Shown: piece after piece, positions 48,780 to 58,570 of the stretch
Layout of the letters: every line of letters starts with the position of its first letter
Numbering within the stretch: the first letter of the stretch is position 1
Assembly (NCBI GenBank): GCA_041441465.1
Contig: JASDSY010000032.1
Location: 66,539 to 130,538, forward strand
Length of the DNA: 64,000 nt
Direction of reading: 5' to 3'
From: Candidatus Wallbacteria bacterium
Lineage (GTDB): Bacteria; Muiribacteriota; UBA9980
Position numbers and translations under genes: made by a program
Notes under the pieces: model-generated
What the model saw: only the letters and a program-made list of their open reading frames with translations
What the model was told of the DNA's origin: nothing
Databases searched by the model: none

Positions 48780-49178
48780 TTATTTTGGGCCATGATAACT
48801 CTGAGAAGTTATGTTAATTTCTGTACAGTCGGTCGAAGTGAGGGCGCCGGCTATGCTTGTTATAGCGCAGTATATTCCGGCCGATACGACGCTGGCTGCA
48901 ATAAAAGACCCTTTATTTGTGCCTCCTGAAACATTAGACAGGTCTTTCTCGTCAAGCTCGCTGTTTGAGTTAATTTTATCAATGAGTTCCTGTCTTGCTT
49001 CGGTAAGGTCATCTTTTGAAAAATTAAAACCGTTCGTGCTGCCGAATTTAATTAAATTTTCCATTACCAGATTTTGATTTTCTTTTTGAAGTTTCTGGAC
49101 CATATTCATATAGTTTTGATGCATTTCTGAGTTTTTTGAGATTGCAGCGAACATTTTTTTTACGGTTTCCTTACTCAT
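48780..49178 (-). CDS. RiPP precursor peptide: Nif11-like leader with double-glycine cleavage motif, lanthipeptide-type core (LanA)
   Basis: 132 aa. The ~86-aa leader (MSKETVKKMFAAISKNSEMH...ELDEKDLSNVSGG) is Nif11/N11P-like and ends in GG. The 45-aa core TNKGSFIAASVVSAGIYCAITSIAGALTSTDCTEINITSQSYHGPK has 7 Ser, 7 Thr and 2 Cys. RBS ggaggg. Immediately downstream of lanM in the same operon. Confidence 0.7.
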   Translation of the reverse strand: MSKETVKKMFAAISKNSEMHQNYMNMVQKLQKENQNLVMENLIKFGSTNGFNFSKDDLTEARQELIDKINSNSELDEKDLSNVSGGTNKGSFIAASVVSAGIYCAITSIAGALTSTDCTEINITSQSYHGPK

Positions 49179-49330
49179 TGAAATCCCTCCATAAATATTG
49201 TCAGTTAAAAGCTATATAATATATTTCTTGAATTAATGTTTTAAAAATGTAAAAATATTTTAACATAAATTGACTATTATTGTCAAAATTAATTTTTAAT
49301 GTAAAAATGGATTTCAGAAAACGATTAAAA

Positions 49331-52300
49331 TTATTGAGGTGACAGTATTGTCGATATTTTATCTCCGGCGGCGATTCGTAAGGCCGTATAACCGATTCCG
49401 GCCAACCCGGTAAATAATCCCGGGATAAATATTGCCTTGGAATCATCGACCGTCAGGGTATATCTGCCGTTTTTTTCTGCCCGGTTGATTATGAAAGAAA
49501 ATTGCTTTCTGGCATCTTTTAGTAACTCATGGCGTTTTAATGTAATTGAAGCTTCTATTAAAAATTCGATCTGGCTTGAATAACCGCAACATAAATGATC
49601 GCGAAAATTTGGTATTGCTTTAAAATTTTTTGAAAATTCAATTGAATTTTCAATATCTATTAAAAATTGCGGAGAGTTTATAATGCGAGATAATTCCAGC
49701 CGTGAAAAACCTATTCCCGGAGCTCCTGAACACCATCCGTGCATAAATGGAACGGTTTCAGAGTTACTTTTATCTTTATTTCTGAAATCAGGCCAGTTTT
49801 GGTAATCGGGCGAGTAGCATGCAGTTTCATAATTACATGCTTCGAGAGCCGCTTCTTTAAAAAGATCATTGTCTGTTATATCATAAACTTTAGCAAGCGC
49901 TAAAGCGTAGCCTGATGCGCCGTGAGCGAACCCGGTAAGCGGCTTATAGGCGTGGGCCGATGGCCAGAGCAACCATTTTTCATATTTGACGTGTTTGGCG
50001 AGTAAATATTTGGCGCACTCTTCCGCAAATTTTAAAAGTTTTTTGTCGCCTGATAATTTATAGAAAGCCACGGCTGTAATTGCGCCTCCTGCAGCTCCTC
50101 CCATTATGTCAAGTTCACTATCGTGAGATAAAATACAGGTTTTAAATAATGCCAGCCCTTTTTTGGCTGATTTTAAAAGTCGGCTTTCGTCAAGATATTT
50201 TCCTGAATTATAAAGAGCCCACAAAATTCCGGATATTCCTGTTGTATAACCGAGCGAATACTTCGCCGCCGAGTTTATCTTGCTTGAATTTTTGATGAAT
50301 TCTAGAAATTCATCGAAACATTTTACTGCAAGTTCGTGATAAGCGCTGTCGCCTGTAATTTTTTCGTATGCCGCTAAAAATAACCCTATTCCAGTGCTTC
50401 CGTCATATAATGTAATATCGGACGGGCCGATATAATTATAATGTCTGACAGGATCGTTTTTTAATGTAAGCCATTGCGGTCTGCCGTTTTTTAATATAAC
50501 ACGGTCAGAGATTGTTTGGGCGATATCACGGGCGGTGCTGATAATTTTTTTATTATTCAATTCCGGCATTTTGGAGGCATTTTCTGTGTTTATAAATTTT
50601 AATTCATTGTTTTGAAAATCGAAGTCAGGAAAACGCGCAGCAAGTGATGCTTCTATTAAGCTCAATTGATATTCCATGTCGCCGCTGCTTAATTTTTCGA
50701 TTTGTATTTTCATTCTTTCAATTGCGCTTTTGATATAATAATCTTCGATTACAATACCGCTCTCGTCATTGACTGAATGGCTGCCGCATGAAAAAATAAA
50801 AAGCGGAATATTCATAAAAAGCACCGAACGTCTTTCGGCGTCATAAATTTTCCAGAGTTTTTCAATGTCTGCCCCGGTTTCTGCATTTAAAAAAGGTTTG
50901 GCCAATCCTTCTGCTTCAATTGAATAAGCGGCGCCGTTTCTCATTAAGCCTGGCGATCTAAGGCGTTCAATCATATCTCCATATATTTGCGATTGTCTTG
51001 GAAGTGAACGCATGTATGCGTCTGAATTTTCTGAAAGTGAACTGATTTCTTTAATAAAACCTTCACGGTCGGATAATATGGTTTTATAATAATCGCTGAA
51101 TCCATTTAATATATCATTTTTGTATTCCATAACGTTCATGAAACTGCCGTTAAAATGAGGCACGTTCGGTGATAGACCTGTGTTTCGGTTTATATATGCT
51201 CGGCGCATTTTATCCGTATTTATGTCAATCCATTCCCTGGTTGAGTAAGGAACGTTATCGTCAGGCGTAAGCGCGCCGTAATCTCTTGAAACGTCTTTTG
51301 AAATTTGAGTCCATAACGGAAGTATGCAAGTTCGGAGGACAGAATCGCCGTCAAGATTAAGATAATTATTTTTGTCAGTGTCGCTAATGTTTTTGTGGTT
51401 GAATGGTTTTACAAGCGGATTTAAAAGGGTTTCAAGATCTATAAATACAGGATCGCAGCCGTCAGCAATAAGGTTTTCCTGATGGAAATCAATTCCGCCG
51501 AGTGTGTAGATAATGGCAAGCAACGCCCCGGCTTTATAATAAAATAAACTGGCGTCTTCGATTTTTTGTAGCGATGAGTTAGTTATCTCTTCGACCCAGG
51601 TATAGCCGTCACCTTCTAAGTGTGTTGGAAGTTTGAATTTAATATCAGGCATTTTTTTTTCGAAGAGTTTGATAATATTCGCCCATAAAGTGTCGGCGTT
51701 TCCGTATCGCGGTTTGTAAAAAAGATTCAGGCCGTTTTGAAATTCAAATTTAATAACGCTTTTTCCATTATTATGGTGATCGGACAGGTCGGCTTTGACT
51801 CTCGAAATGTAACCCGGCTTTTTCGGGACGTTAAATTTTAAGCTTATTTTAGACACATCTTTATTGAGATTTTTGATGACATCGGCAAAATAAAGCGCCT
51901 GTTGAGTGCAAACCGTTGAAATAAGCCGTGCTGCTACCGGATAATTTTTTAAAAAATCGATCCATTCGCCAGAAAGCATTCTTTGACAAAATTCCTGATA
52001 TCGTAGTGATGAATTTTCTCTTAAAGAAGTAAAATTATGGTTATTAAGGAAAATAAAATTATTAAATCTCAGATGATCAAAAGAGGATGTGAGGCAGAGC
52101 GCAAAGTTTTTATTTAAAATATTTAGAATGTATCTTAGCCAGTCTTTTAGCGCGCATTCGCTTAAAAATTGATTGTAATTCGGACAGGTTTTTATGAAAA
52201 TATCATGACATGCCAGAAGCCACGGCGACCATATTTCTTGATAAGGCTCTGGTTTTTCAACTGAAAATGTTTTTATTGGCAGTTTTTTCATGATTTCTTC

Positions 52301-52618
52301 TGTGGAGGCCGGCAGTTTTTCCAGAACGGTGTCGATCAAAACAAGCCATTCCGGAAGTGGGACTGCATTGTTCCAGCTGACTTTACCTAAAAATGGAATG
52401 CATTCAGCCGGGTTTTTACCTAAAAGTTGCATTCTGCGGTTAAATCCTTCGTAATTTCCTCCATGAGAAGTGAGAACGCGCCATCTGGTTAATAGTTCAT
52501 TTTCCTGATTGCGCATATTACAGTCAGCTTCCGCTAAGACTGCCGCACCGGCAATACGTTCGTCGATAAATGCCGCGCCGGAGGCGATATGCTTTTTTTC
52601 TTCATTTGTTAATTTCAT
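49331..52618 (-). CDS. lanM: Class II lanthipeptide synthetase (LanM), ProcM-like
   Basis: 1095 aa. The N-terminal dehydratase region is DUF4135-like. The C-terminal LanC-like cyclase carries 'GFAHGASGYALALA', 'HGWCSGAPGIGFS' and 'DHLCCGYSSQ'. The CCG triad in place of the usual CHG is as I recall for ProcM. Size is typical of LanM. Confidence 0.8.
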   Translation of the reverse strand: MKLTNEEKKHIASGAAFIDERIAGAAVLAEADCNMRNQENELLTRWRVLTSHGGNYEGFNRRMQLLGKNPAECIPFLGKVSWNNAVPLPEWLVLIDTVLEKLPASTEEIMKKLPIKTFSVEKPEPYQEIWSPWLLACHDIFIKTCPNYNQFLSECALKDWLRYILNILNKNFALCLTSSFDHLRFNNFIFLNNHNFTSLRENSSLRYQEFCQRMLSGEWIDFLKNYPVAARLISTVCTQQALYFADVIKNLNKDVSKISLKFNVPKKPGYISRVKADLSDHHNNGKSVIKFEFQNGLNLFYKPRYGNADTLWANIIKLFEKKMPDIKFKLPTHLEGDGYTWVEEITNSSLQKIEDASLFYYKAGALLAIIYTLGGIDFHQENLIADGCDPVFIDLETLLNPLVKPFNHKNISDTDKNNYLNLDGDSVLRTCILPLWTQISKDVSRDYGALTPDDNVPYSTREWIDINTDKMRRAYINRNTGLSPNVPHFNGSFMNVMEYKNDILNGFSDYYKTILSDREGFIKEISSLSENSDAYMRSLPRQSQIYGDMIERLRSPGLMRNGAAYSIEAEGLAKPFLNAETGADIEKLWKIYDAERRSVLFMNIPLFIFSCGSHSVNDESGIVIEDYYIKSAIERMKIQIEKLSSGDMEYQLSLIEASLAARFPDFDFQNNELKFINTENASKMPELNNKKIISTARDIAQTISDRVILKNGRPQWLTLKNDPVRHYNYIGPSDITLYDGSTGIGLFLAAYEKITGDSAYHELAVKCFDEFLEFIKNSSKINSAAKYSLGYTTGISGILWALYNSGKYLDESRLLKSAKKGLALFKTCILSHDSELDIMGGAAGGAITAVAFYKLSGDKKLLKFAEECAKYLLAKHVKYEKWLLWPSAHAYKPLTGFAHGASGYALALAKVYDITDNDLFKEAALEACNYETACYSPDYQNWPDFRNKDKSNSETVPFMHGWCSGAPGIGFSRLELSRIINSPQFLIDIENSIEFSKNFKAIPNFRDHLCCGYSSQIEFLIEASITLKRHELLKDARKQFSFIINRAEKNGRYTLTVDDSKAIFIPGLFTGLAGIGYTALRIAAGDKISTILSPQ

Positions 52619-52661
52619 TGGATCTCTTTGATTAAAAATTTTTTGTCTAATAAAACAAGCT

Positions 52662-53567
52662 TTAGAATAAAATTTTTTTTCTTATTACCTGATTGTATTG
52701 TTCAATTGAGTACTTTGAAAATTTTTTTTTGACCATTTTAAGTCTGGCATGGTTATCATATCTTACCATGAAAATTGCGTAAGGGTATTTTTGGCTGAGC
52801 TCGGTAAGTAAATGACCTCTTATAGAACGCATCTGAAGTGCTATGCCGAGCGCGGCACCCTGATATTGAGGCATTATAAAAATTGAATTGTAACAGATTG
52901 TATTTTCGTCGTAATAGCTGCATATTGCCCAGCCGATAATGTTTTTTCCTGCTTTCAAGCCGAGGCTTATTTCAGGGACTATTACCTTTTCATTGATAAA
53001 AGGTGAAATCCTTTGATCAAAAAAGCCTTGGCCTTCTAATTCGCCCATGAGTTGTTTCTTTTCGGCTGACGGTATATCGGTCCAGCTGAATGTTTCGAAT
53101 CCGTCAGGAAGTTTAGTATATTCCGTTATTGGCATGTCGGCTATGCTTTTATCGCATTTGCAGTAATATAATTCGGGCTCGGCGGGAAGGAATCCGCATT
53201 TATCCAGAAGGTTATTTATTATCGTAACGAAAGGCCGGTTATCAAAATAAAAAGTGCTAATGGTCTTTATTTTGCTTTCACGGCATTGCTGCTCGAAAAA
53301 ATCAATCATTTTTAAAGCAAGGCCGCGGCGGCGGAATTCTTTTTCGATAAATATGGACATTATATCGGCCTTGCCCGGCGTGTTTAATTGGTTAAGGCCG
53401 AGAAGCAAGCCGGCCGGCCGGCCGGCGCGATATAATCCTATAGGGAAAAGCCTGTCATTTATGACATCCATCCAGGCCAGAAACGGCTTATATTGGCCGT
53501 AAGTCATATTATTAAAATGTTGTGTTTCGGATGATCTTAAAAGCTTTATTTCATAATTGCTATGCAT
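52662..53567 (-). CDS. Tandem GNAT-fold acyltransferase-like protein (FemAB/GNAT superfamily), first gene of the lanM operon
   Basis: 301 aa with two GNAT-like halves: 'IFIEKEFRRRGLALKMIDFF' and 'IFIMPQYQGAALGIALQM'. It is 44 bp upstream of lanM on the same strand. Confidence 0.45.
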   Translation of the reverse strand: MHSNYEIKLLRSSETQHFNNMTYGQYKPFLAWMDVINDRLFPIGLYRAGRPAGLLLGLNQLNTPGKADIMSIFIEKEFRRRGLALKMIDFFEQQCRESKIKTISTFYFDNRPFVTIINNLLDKCGFLPAEPELYYCKCDKSIADMPITEYTKLPDGFETFSWTDIPSAEKKQLMGELEGQGFFDQRISPFINEKVIVPEISLGLKAGKNIIGWAICSYYDENTICYNSIFIMPQYQGAALGIALQMRSIRGHLLTELSQKYPYAIFMVRYDNHARLKMVKKKFSKYSIEQYNQVIRKKILF

Positions 53568-53945
53568 GAAGCGGCACCTTTAATGATTTATTGGCGTAAT
53601 TTGATTAATACAGTAAAAAGTTTTGCGCGGATAGTATCAATGATTATAGATATTATGCTTATTAAAAAAATAAACCGGCATTATAAAAAAAAAATGTGAA
53701 TTTATTTTTCAGGGCAATTTAATTTTTTTGAAACCATAATATAATCAAGTAAAGTGGGGTTCAAACAAAAATAGTATATCATAAAAATCAGTTTCTGAAA
53801 ATCAATATTTTTTAGTTAAAAATAGATTGTAAAAAATTGATTTTTATGATAGTTTACATCAAGATTTTGTTTTGATGCTGCAATAATTAAAATTGATTTT
53901 TATTAAAAAAATTATTTTATAAAATAAATCGCATGTGGTGATAAT

Positions 53946-56675
53946 TTGAAAAAAAAATCGAATACCCGGGGGCATATATGGCTGTTGTATATTAATCGGC
54001 TTGGCACAGGCAATCTTTATCAAAGCACCGAACCGCTCGGGCTTAAGGCACTGGCCGCTTTTGTAGAGGAAAAAGGTTATTCGGCTTATGTTTATTCAGG
54101 TTCCGTTCATGAAGCTGTAAATATGCTTGGAATTACATCTTATAAATGTGATGATGAAACAGCCGGGAAAACTTCAGGCGTGTCGGAAAATATTCCGGAT
54201 GCGGTCGGGCTTTATTGTGATTTTGAAACGCTTTCGGCAGTTGAGAGTTTTTCGCGTTTCATAAAAGAAAACACAGGTATAAAGGTTTTTGTCGGCGGCC
54301 CTCAGGCGGTCGCGCTTGACGAGGGTTTTCTGAAAGCGTCGAAATGTGACGCGGTGGTGCGCGGCGAAGGCGAATATCCGCTTTACGAGCTTCTCGAGTT
54401 TTTTATCAAAGGCATCGGGAAAATCGAAGATATCGCCGGTGTGAGTTATGTTGATTTTTCAGGCAAATATGTCCAAATACCTCAGCGGCCGCCGATCGCT
54501 CAACTCGATCTTCTGCCGGTTAGAAAAAGCGGAATTGACGGTACTGCGCGGAAAATGGCCGGCAATTATTCAATTCTTACAGGGCGCGGCTGCCCTTTCT
54601 CATGCGCCTTCTGCTACGAGGGAAGCGTTTCGCGCGGCGTAAGACTGCGCGGCGTCGAGAACGCTCTTAGCGAAATAAAACAGGCGCTCGAATTTAACCC
54701 TAACATAAAATATATATGGTTTGCGGACGATACTTTTACGCTTAATCCAGCACGCATGGAAGCATTCAGCAAAGGGCTTACGGAATTAAGAAAAAAATAT
54801 GATTTCGTATGGTTTTGCGAATGCCATCCGAGTACGATGATAAAATGGCCTGAAACTTTGCCCATGATGATCGACGCGGGTCTTGTCAGGATGCAAATAG
54901 GCATGGAATCGGGCGACCCTGGAATAATTAAATTATATAAAAAACGCGCTTCTCTTGACGATATCGCCGCTGTCGTTGAGCTGGCTTATAAAAGCGGCCT
55001 GCCGCAGCTTACCGGAAACATGATAATCGGCGGAGCGGCTGAAAACAAAAACACTTTCAAACATACTCTGGCGTTCGCCAAAAAACTTATCGATATAGGC
55101 CCCGGCATGACCGATATTACTTCGACTTTTTTCATTCCATTACCTAAAACCGCTATAACGGAATCGCCTTCGGAATTCGGTATAAAAATTCTCGATCCTG
55201 ATTCATATACTTCAATAGGCGATATGGCTGTCATCGAAACTAAAAGCCTGTCGCGTGAGCGAATTATTACAATGCGGCGCGAATTCACAAGGCAGATTAT
55301 TCTTAAAATGAACTATGTTTATAAAAAGGGACGCGTGCCGTTTCAAAGGATAGTCAATGAGTTTGCCATAAACGGCAATTACTGCCTTGAAAGCAATTGG
55401 TATAAAACCGTTTATTCGCAGGATAAATTCGCTGGCGGTTATTATAAGAAAATGGCCGCAGGTGTTTTTTTTGATAAGAGCCGGATTTCGGACGCGGAAC
55501 TTATGAATCGCTGTCCTGCGGTTTCCGTTCGCCATCTCGAAATGATGACGTTAGACGACGGAATTCCGAAAATCGACGGATATGTCCTTTCGCCGCTCGA
55601 ATACAGCCTTATTTCAAAATGCAGCGGGAATTTTTCGCTTTCGTCGATATTTGAAGAAATCTTTGTTTTTTTTGAACGTAATTATCGCTCGCGAAATGAA
55701 TTTTATCGCACTGCCCTGAAGATAGTGAAAAATTTTGAAAAAAAACTGTGGATCGGCTATTTAAAAAATCAGCCGGATTGTTTGAACTATTGTTCAGAGC
55801 CCGTGGCGTTAGAATTAAATTTATACGGAATTAATAACGGCGAATTAACTCCTTCTGATGTTACTCCTGATTGCGGCCCAAAAATTATCCCGGCGATACA
55901 AAGTATCATAAAAATGAATAATTATTCAGAATTTGACGAATTGCGCCGCACCGTAGAAAAAAAATTAAAAAGCGGCTCTAAAATAGTGACTGGAATAATA
56001 TCTGCGGATTGTTCTAAAACTTCCATTGACGAAATTCAAAAAATAACCGAAATGGCGGTATCGCTTGTCGCTAAATATCCCGGAATTTTTGAGGCATTTT
56101 ATGATGATAAGCAGTTTTACGGTACCGCTTTTGAAATGACCGCAAAATATGAAAGTTACGCTGCCGCCTGGCAGGCTGCTAAGTCAAAAGTTTTAGCCGG
56201 AATGGAGCGCGCCGCCGATAATAAAAAAATAGATTTCAAAACCATACTGGCTCATTTTGAATTACGTGAGTTTAGCGGAGTTAGTTCGGTTTATTATGAC
56301 AAAATATTTTTCGCGCGGCCTTTGCTATATAATTATTTTACGATAATGTCACGCGGAGCTGCTATAAAAACGGCGTTTTTAAATAAAGATGCCGGGCATA
56401 CGGAATCTTCGCTTCGCCCGCAGCGAACTATGGCGATATGGCTGGCGGCTGATTTTTCAGGCGGGTACCCCGTCATCGGCCGTGATGTGCTTTCGCCCCT
56501 GGAGTATGAATTATTGCTTTATTGCACGGGTAAATTGACTCTTGAAAAAATATATGGAATAATGAATGAAAAATTTTCTAAATTTTTTGACGGGTTTAAT
56601 GAGTTAAAACAAACTATAAATAGAGTTCTTTTAGATTTCGAGGAAAAATATTGGATATTTTATTCTCGCATATAG
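53946..56675 (+). CDS. B12-binding radical SAM enzyme (class B rSAM, likely RiPP-tailoring) with PqqD-like RRE motif and a duplicated C-terminal RRE module
   Basis: 909 aa, TTG start. N-terminal Rossmann-like B12-binding region (GLYCDFE...VFVGGPQAV...VVRGEGE). rSAM cluster 'GRGCPFSCAFCYEG' (CxxxCxxC). PqqD-like motif 'IDGYVLSPLEYSLISKCSGNFSL' at aa ~545. Residues ~600-909 repeat the post-core region of the paralogs and end in a second 'YPVIGRDVLSPLEYELLLYCTGKLTL' motif. Confidence 0.7.
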   Translation: MKKKSNTRGHIWLLYINRLGTGNLYQSTEPLGLKALAAFVEEKGYSAYVYSGSVHEAVNMLGITSYKCDDETAGKTSGVSENIPDAVGLYCDFETLSAVESFSRFIKENTGIKVFVGGPQAVALDEGFLKASKCDAVVRGEGEYPLYELLEFFIKGIGKIEDIAGVSYVDFSGKYVQIPQRPPIAQLDLLPVRKSGIDGTARKMAGNYSILTGRGCPFSCAFCYEGSVSRGVRLRGVENALSEIKQALEFNPNIKYIWFADDTFTLNPARMEAFSKGLTELRKKYDFVWFCECHPSTMIKWPETLPMMIDAGLVRMQIGMESGDPGIIKLYKKRASLDDIAAVVELAYKSGLPQLTGNMIIGGAAENKNTFKHTLAFAKKLIDIGPGMTDITSTFFIPLPKTAITESPSEFGIKILDPDSYTSIGDMAVIETKSLSRERIITMRREFTRQIILKMNYVYKKGRVPFQRIVNEFAINGNYCLESNWYKTVYSQDKFAGGYYKKMAAGVFFDKSRISDAELMNRCPAVSVRHLEMMTLDDGIPKIDGYVLSPLEYSLISKCSGNFSLSSIFEEIFVFFERNYRSRNEFYRTALKIVKNFEKKLWIGYLKNQPDCLNYCSEPVALELNLYGINNGELTPSDVTPDCGPKIIPAIQSIIKMNNYSEFDELRRTVEKKLKSGSKIVTGIISADCSKTSIDEIQKITEMAVSLVAKYPGIFEAFYDDKQFYGTAFEMTAKYESYAAAWQAAKSKVLAGMERAADNKKIDFKTILAHFELREFSGVSSVYYDKIFFARPLLYNYFTIMSRGAAIKTAFLNKDAGHTESSLRPQRTMAIWLAADFSGGYPVIGRDVLSPLEYELLLYCTGKLTLEKIYGIMNEKFSKFFDGFNELKQTINRVLLDFEEKYWIFYSRI

Positions 56676-56686
56676 GGTTAGCGTGA

Positions 56687-58486
56687 TTGATTATGAATGA
56701 TAAAGTGAACGATTATTCAGAAAAAAATATGGCCGATATATTGCTTGTCAATATTCATCGTGACGGCTGGGGCTTTTTGAACGGCGGCATGAATATAGGC
56801 CTTAATTTTCTGTCGGTTTTTTTGAAGGAGCATGGATATGACGCTGTAATACGTACCGGCACGGCAAACGAGGCCGACGATTTTATTTACGGCGACCCGG
56901 ATAATTGCAGTTTTAAGAGTGTCGGTTTTTATTGTGATTATGAAAATGTGACTCTTGTGCGTGAGCTGTCGGCGCTAGTTCGTGAGAAATATGAAGTTCC
57001 CGTGTTCATAGGCGGGCCGCAGGCGCATTCACTCGGCGCGGAGTTTATCGAAGCTTCACGCTGCGCAGCTGTAGTTCGCGGCGACGGCGAGTACACTCTG
57101 CTTGAACTTCTTGATTCTATGTTCCGCGGCGGTAAAAAACTAAGTGAAATCGCCGGAATTTCTTATATCGATAAATGCGAAGGTTTTGTAAAAACGCCCG
57201 ACCGCGAACTTATCAGCGATCTCGATAAACTGCCTCATCCTGATTTTCGTCTTGAAAAAAAACATGAATATTGGAACAGCTTTCCGGTAATGACCGGAAG
57301 AGGATGCCCTTATCAATGCGCTTTTTGCCATGAAGGCGCGGGGCTTAAAAAAGTCCGATTCAGGAGCGTAGAAAGTGTGCTTTCTGAAATAAGGACCCAT
57401 TTTAAACGCCATCCGCAATGTAAGTATTTATTTTTTATCGACGACACATTTACTCTTAATCAGAAACGCGTCGAAAATTTATGCGACGGGCTCGATGAAC
57501 TCAGGCGTGATATCGATTTCGTGTGGTTTTGCGAAGGCCATGTGCAGACCCTTGCGCGCGCGCCTGAAATGCTTAACAGGATGGCGGCTTCGGGTCTTGC
57601 AAAGCTTTTTATAGGAATAGAATCCGGCTCTGATAAGGTTCTTTCGTTATATCGGAAACAGACGTGCCGCGAAATGATAATAAAAGTCGTCGAGGAATCT
57701 GTTAAGGCTAATATTCCGCAAATTTCCGGAAATATAATTCTAGGCGGACCAATCGAAAGTCCTGAAACGATTGCCGAAAGCCTTTCGCTTATAAATATTC
57801 TTCTTGACGCAGCACCCGGCCGGTTCGATACTGCCGGTTTTTTCTTTATACCTTATCCGGGTACGGCTATAACGCGTGAACCAGAAAAATTCGGAATGAA
57901 AACGCTCTGTTATCTTGAAAAACATGCTCTCGAAGATATTCCGCTCGCCGAAACTGAAAATATGAATTGGGAAGAACTTATAAAGGCGAGGTTCGAGTTC
58001 AATAAAGCGGTACAGAATCGGATGCGCCGGATATACACTGACGGCCTTGTTCCGCATGAAACTATGCTTCAAAGTTATAAACTGCTTATTAAATACGGTG
58101 TTTATTCCCGCTGGATAGCGCATATTTATCCTGAAAATTCCATGAAAAATAATTATTATTCGCTCCTCGCCAACTCGGCGCTTAAAAGGTCAGATGAAAT
58201 AATCGCCTGTGAATTAAGCTTATGGCACCCTCAGAGAATGCTTGAAATCTGGAGCGGAGTTTCATTCTCCGAAGGGTATCCGGTTATCGGCAAAGACGTA
58301 TTATCGCCGCTTCAGTATGAATTATTGCTTTTATGCTCGGGAAAAAACAGGCTGTCCGATGTTATGGATAGCGCGTTTCAGAAGTTCGGCGCTAGGTTTG
58401 CGAACCGCGATGAATTTGAAAATGAGGCCGGTGCCGTAATGAAAGACTTTGAAAATAAAGGCTGGATGGCGTATTCGCGTTTTTAA
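56687..58486 (+). CDS. B12-binding radical SAM enzyme with C-terminal PqqD-like RRE
   Basis: 599 aa. B12-domain pattern (GFYCDYENV...VFIGGPQAH...VVRGDGE), rSAM 'GRGCPYQCAFCHEG', and C-terminal 'YPVIGKDVLSPLQYELLLLCSGKNRLSDV'. Starts 12 bp after the upstream stop. Confidence 0.75.
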   Translation: MIMNDKVNDYSEKNMADILLVNIHRDGWGFLNGGMNIGLNFLSVFLKEHGYDAVIRTGTANEADDFIYGDPDNCSFKSVGFYCDYENVTLVRELSALVREKYEVPVFIGGPQAHSLGAEFIEASRCAAVVRGDGEYTLLELLDSMFRGGKKLSEIAGISYIDKCEGFVKTPDRELISDLDKLPHPDFRLEKKHEYWNSFPVMTGRGCPYQCAFCHEGAGLKKVRFRSVESVLSEIRTHFKRHPQCKYLFFIDDTFTLNQKRVENLCDGLDELRRDIDFVWFCEGHVQTLARAPEMLNRMAASGLAKLFIGIESGSDKVLSLYRKQTCREMIIKVVEESVKANIPQISGNIILGGPIESPETIAESLSLINILLDAAPGRFDTAGFFFIPYPGTAITREPEKFGMKTLCYLEKHALEDIPLAETENMNWEELIKARFEFNKAVQNRMRRIYTDGLVPHETMLQSYKLLIKYGVYSRWIAHIYPENSMKNNYYSLLANSALKRSDEIIACELSLWHPQRMLEIWSGVSFSEGYPVIGKDVLSPLQYELLLLCSGKNRLSDVMDSAFQKFGARFANRDEFENEAGAVMKDFENKGWMAYSRF

Positions 58487-58570
58487 GGCTTGAATTATAA
58501 TTATGAATAATGAATTATCGAATGATAGTTCACTTTTAAGATTTAAAGGATATTTGGGGGATAATATATT

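Noticed and set aside
49201-49446. 81-aa minus-strand ORF between lanM and the precursor gene that might have been a second precursor
   Set aside because: It overlaps the 3' end of lanM in another frame. It has no Nif11-like leader, no GG motif and no RBS. The real precursor is the 48780-49178 ORF.
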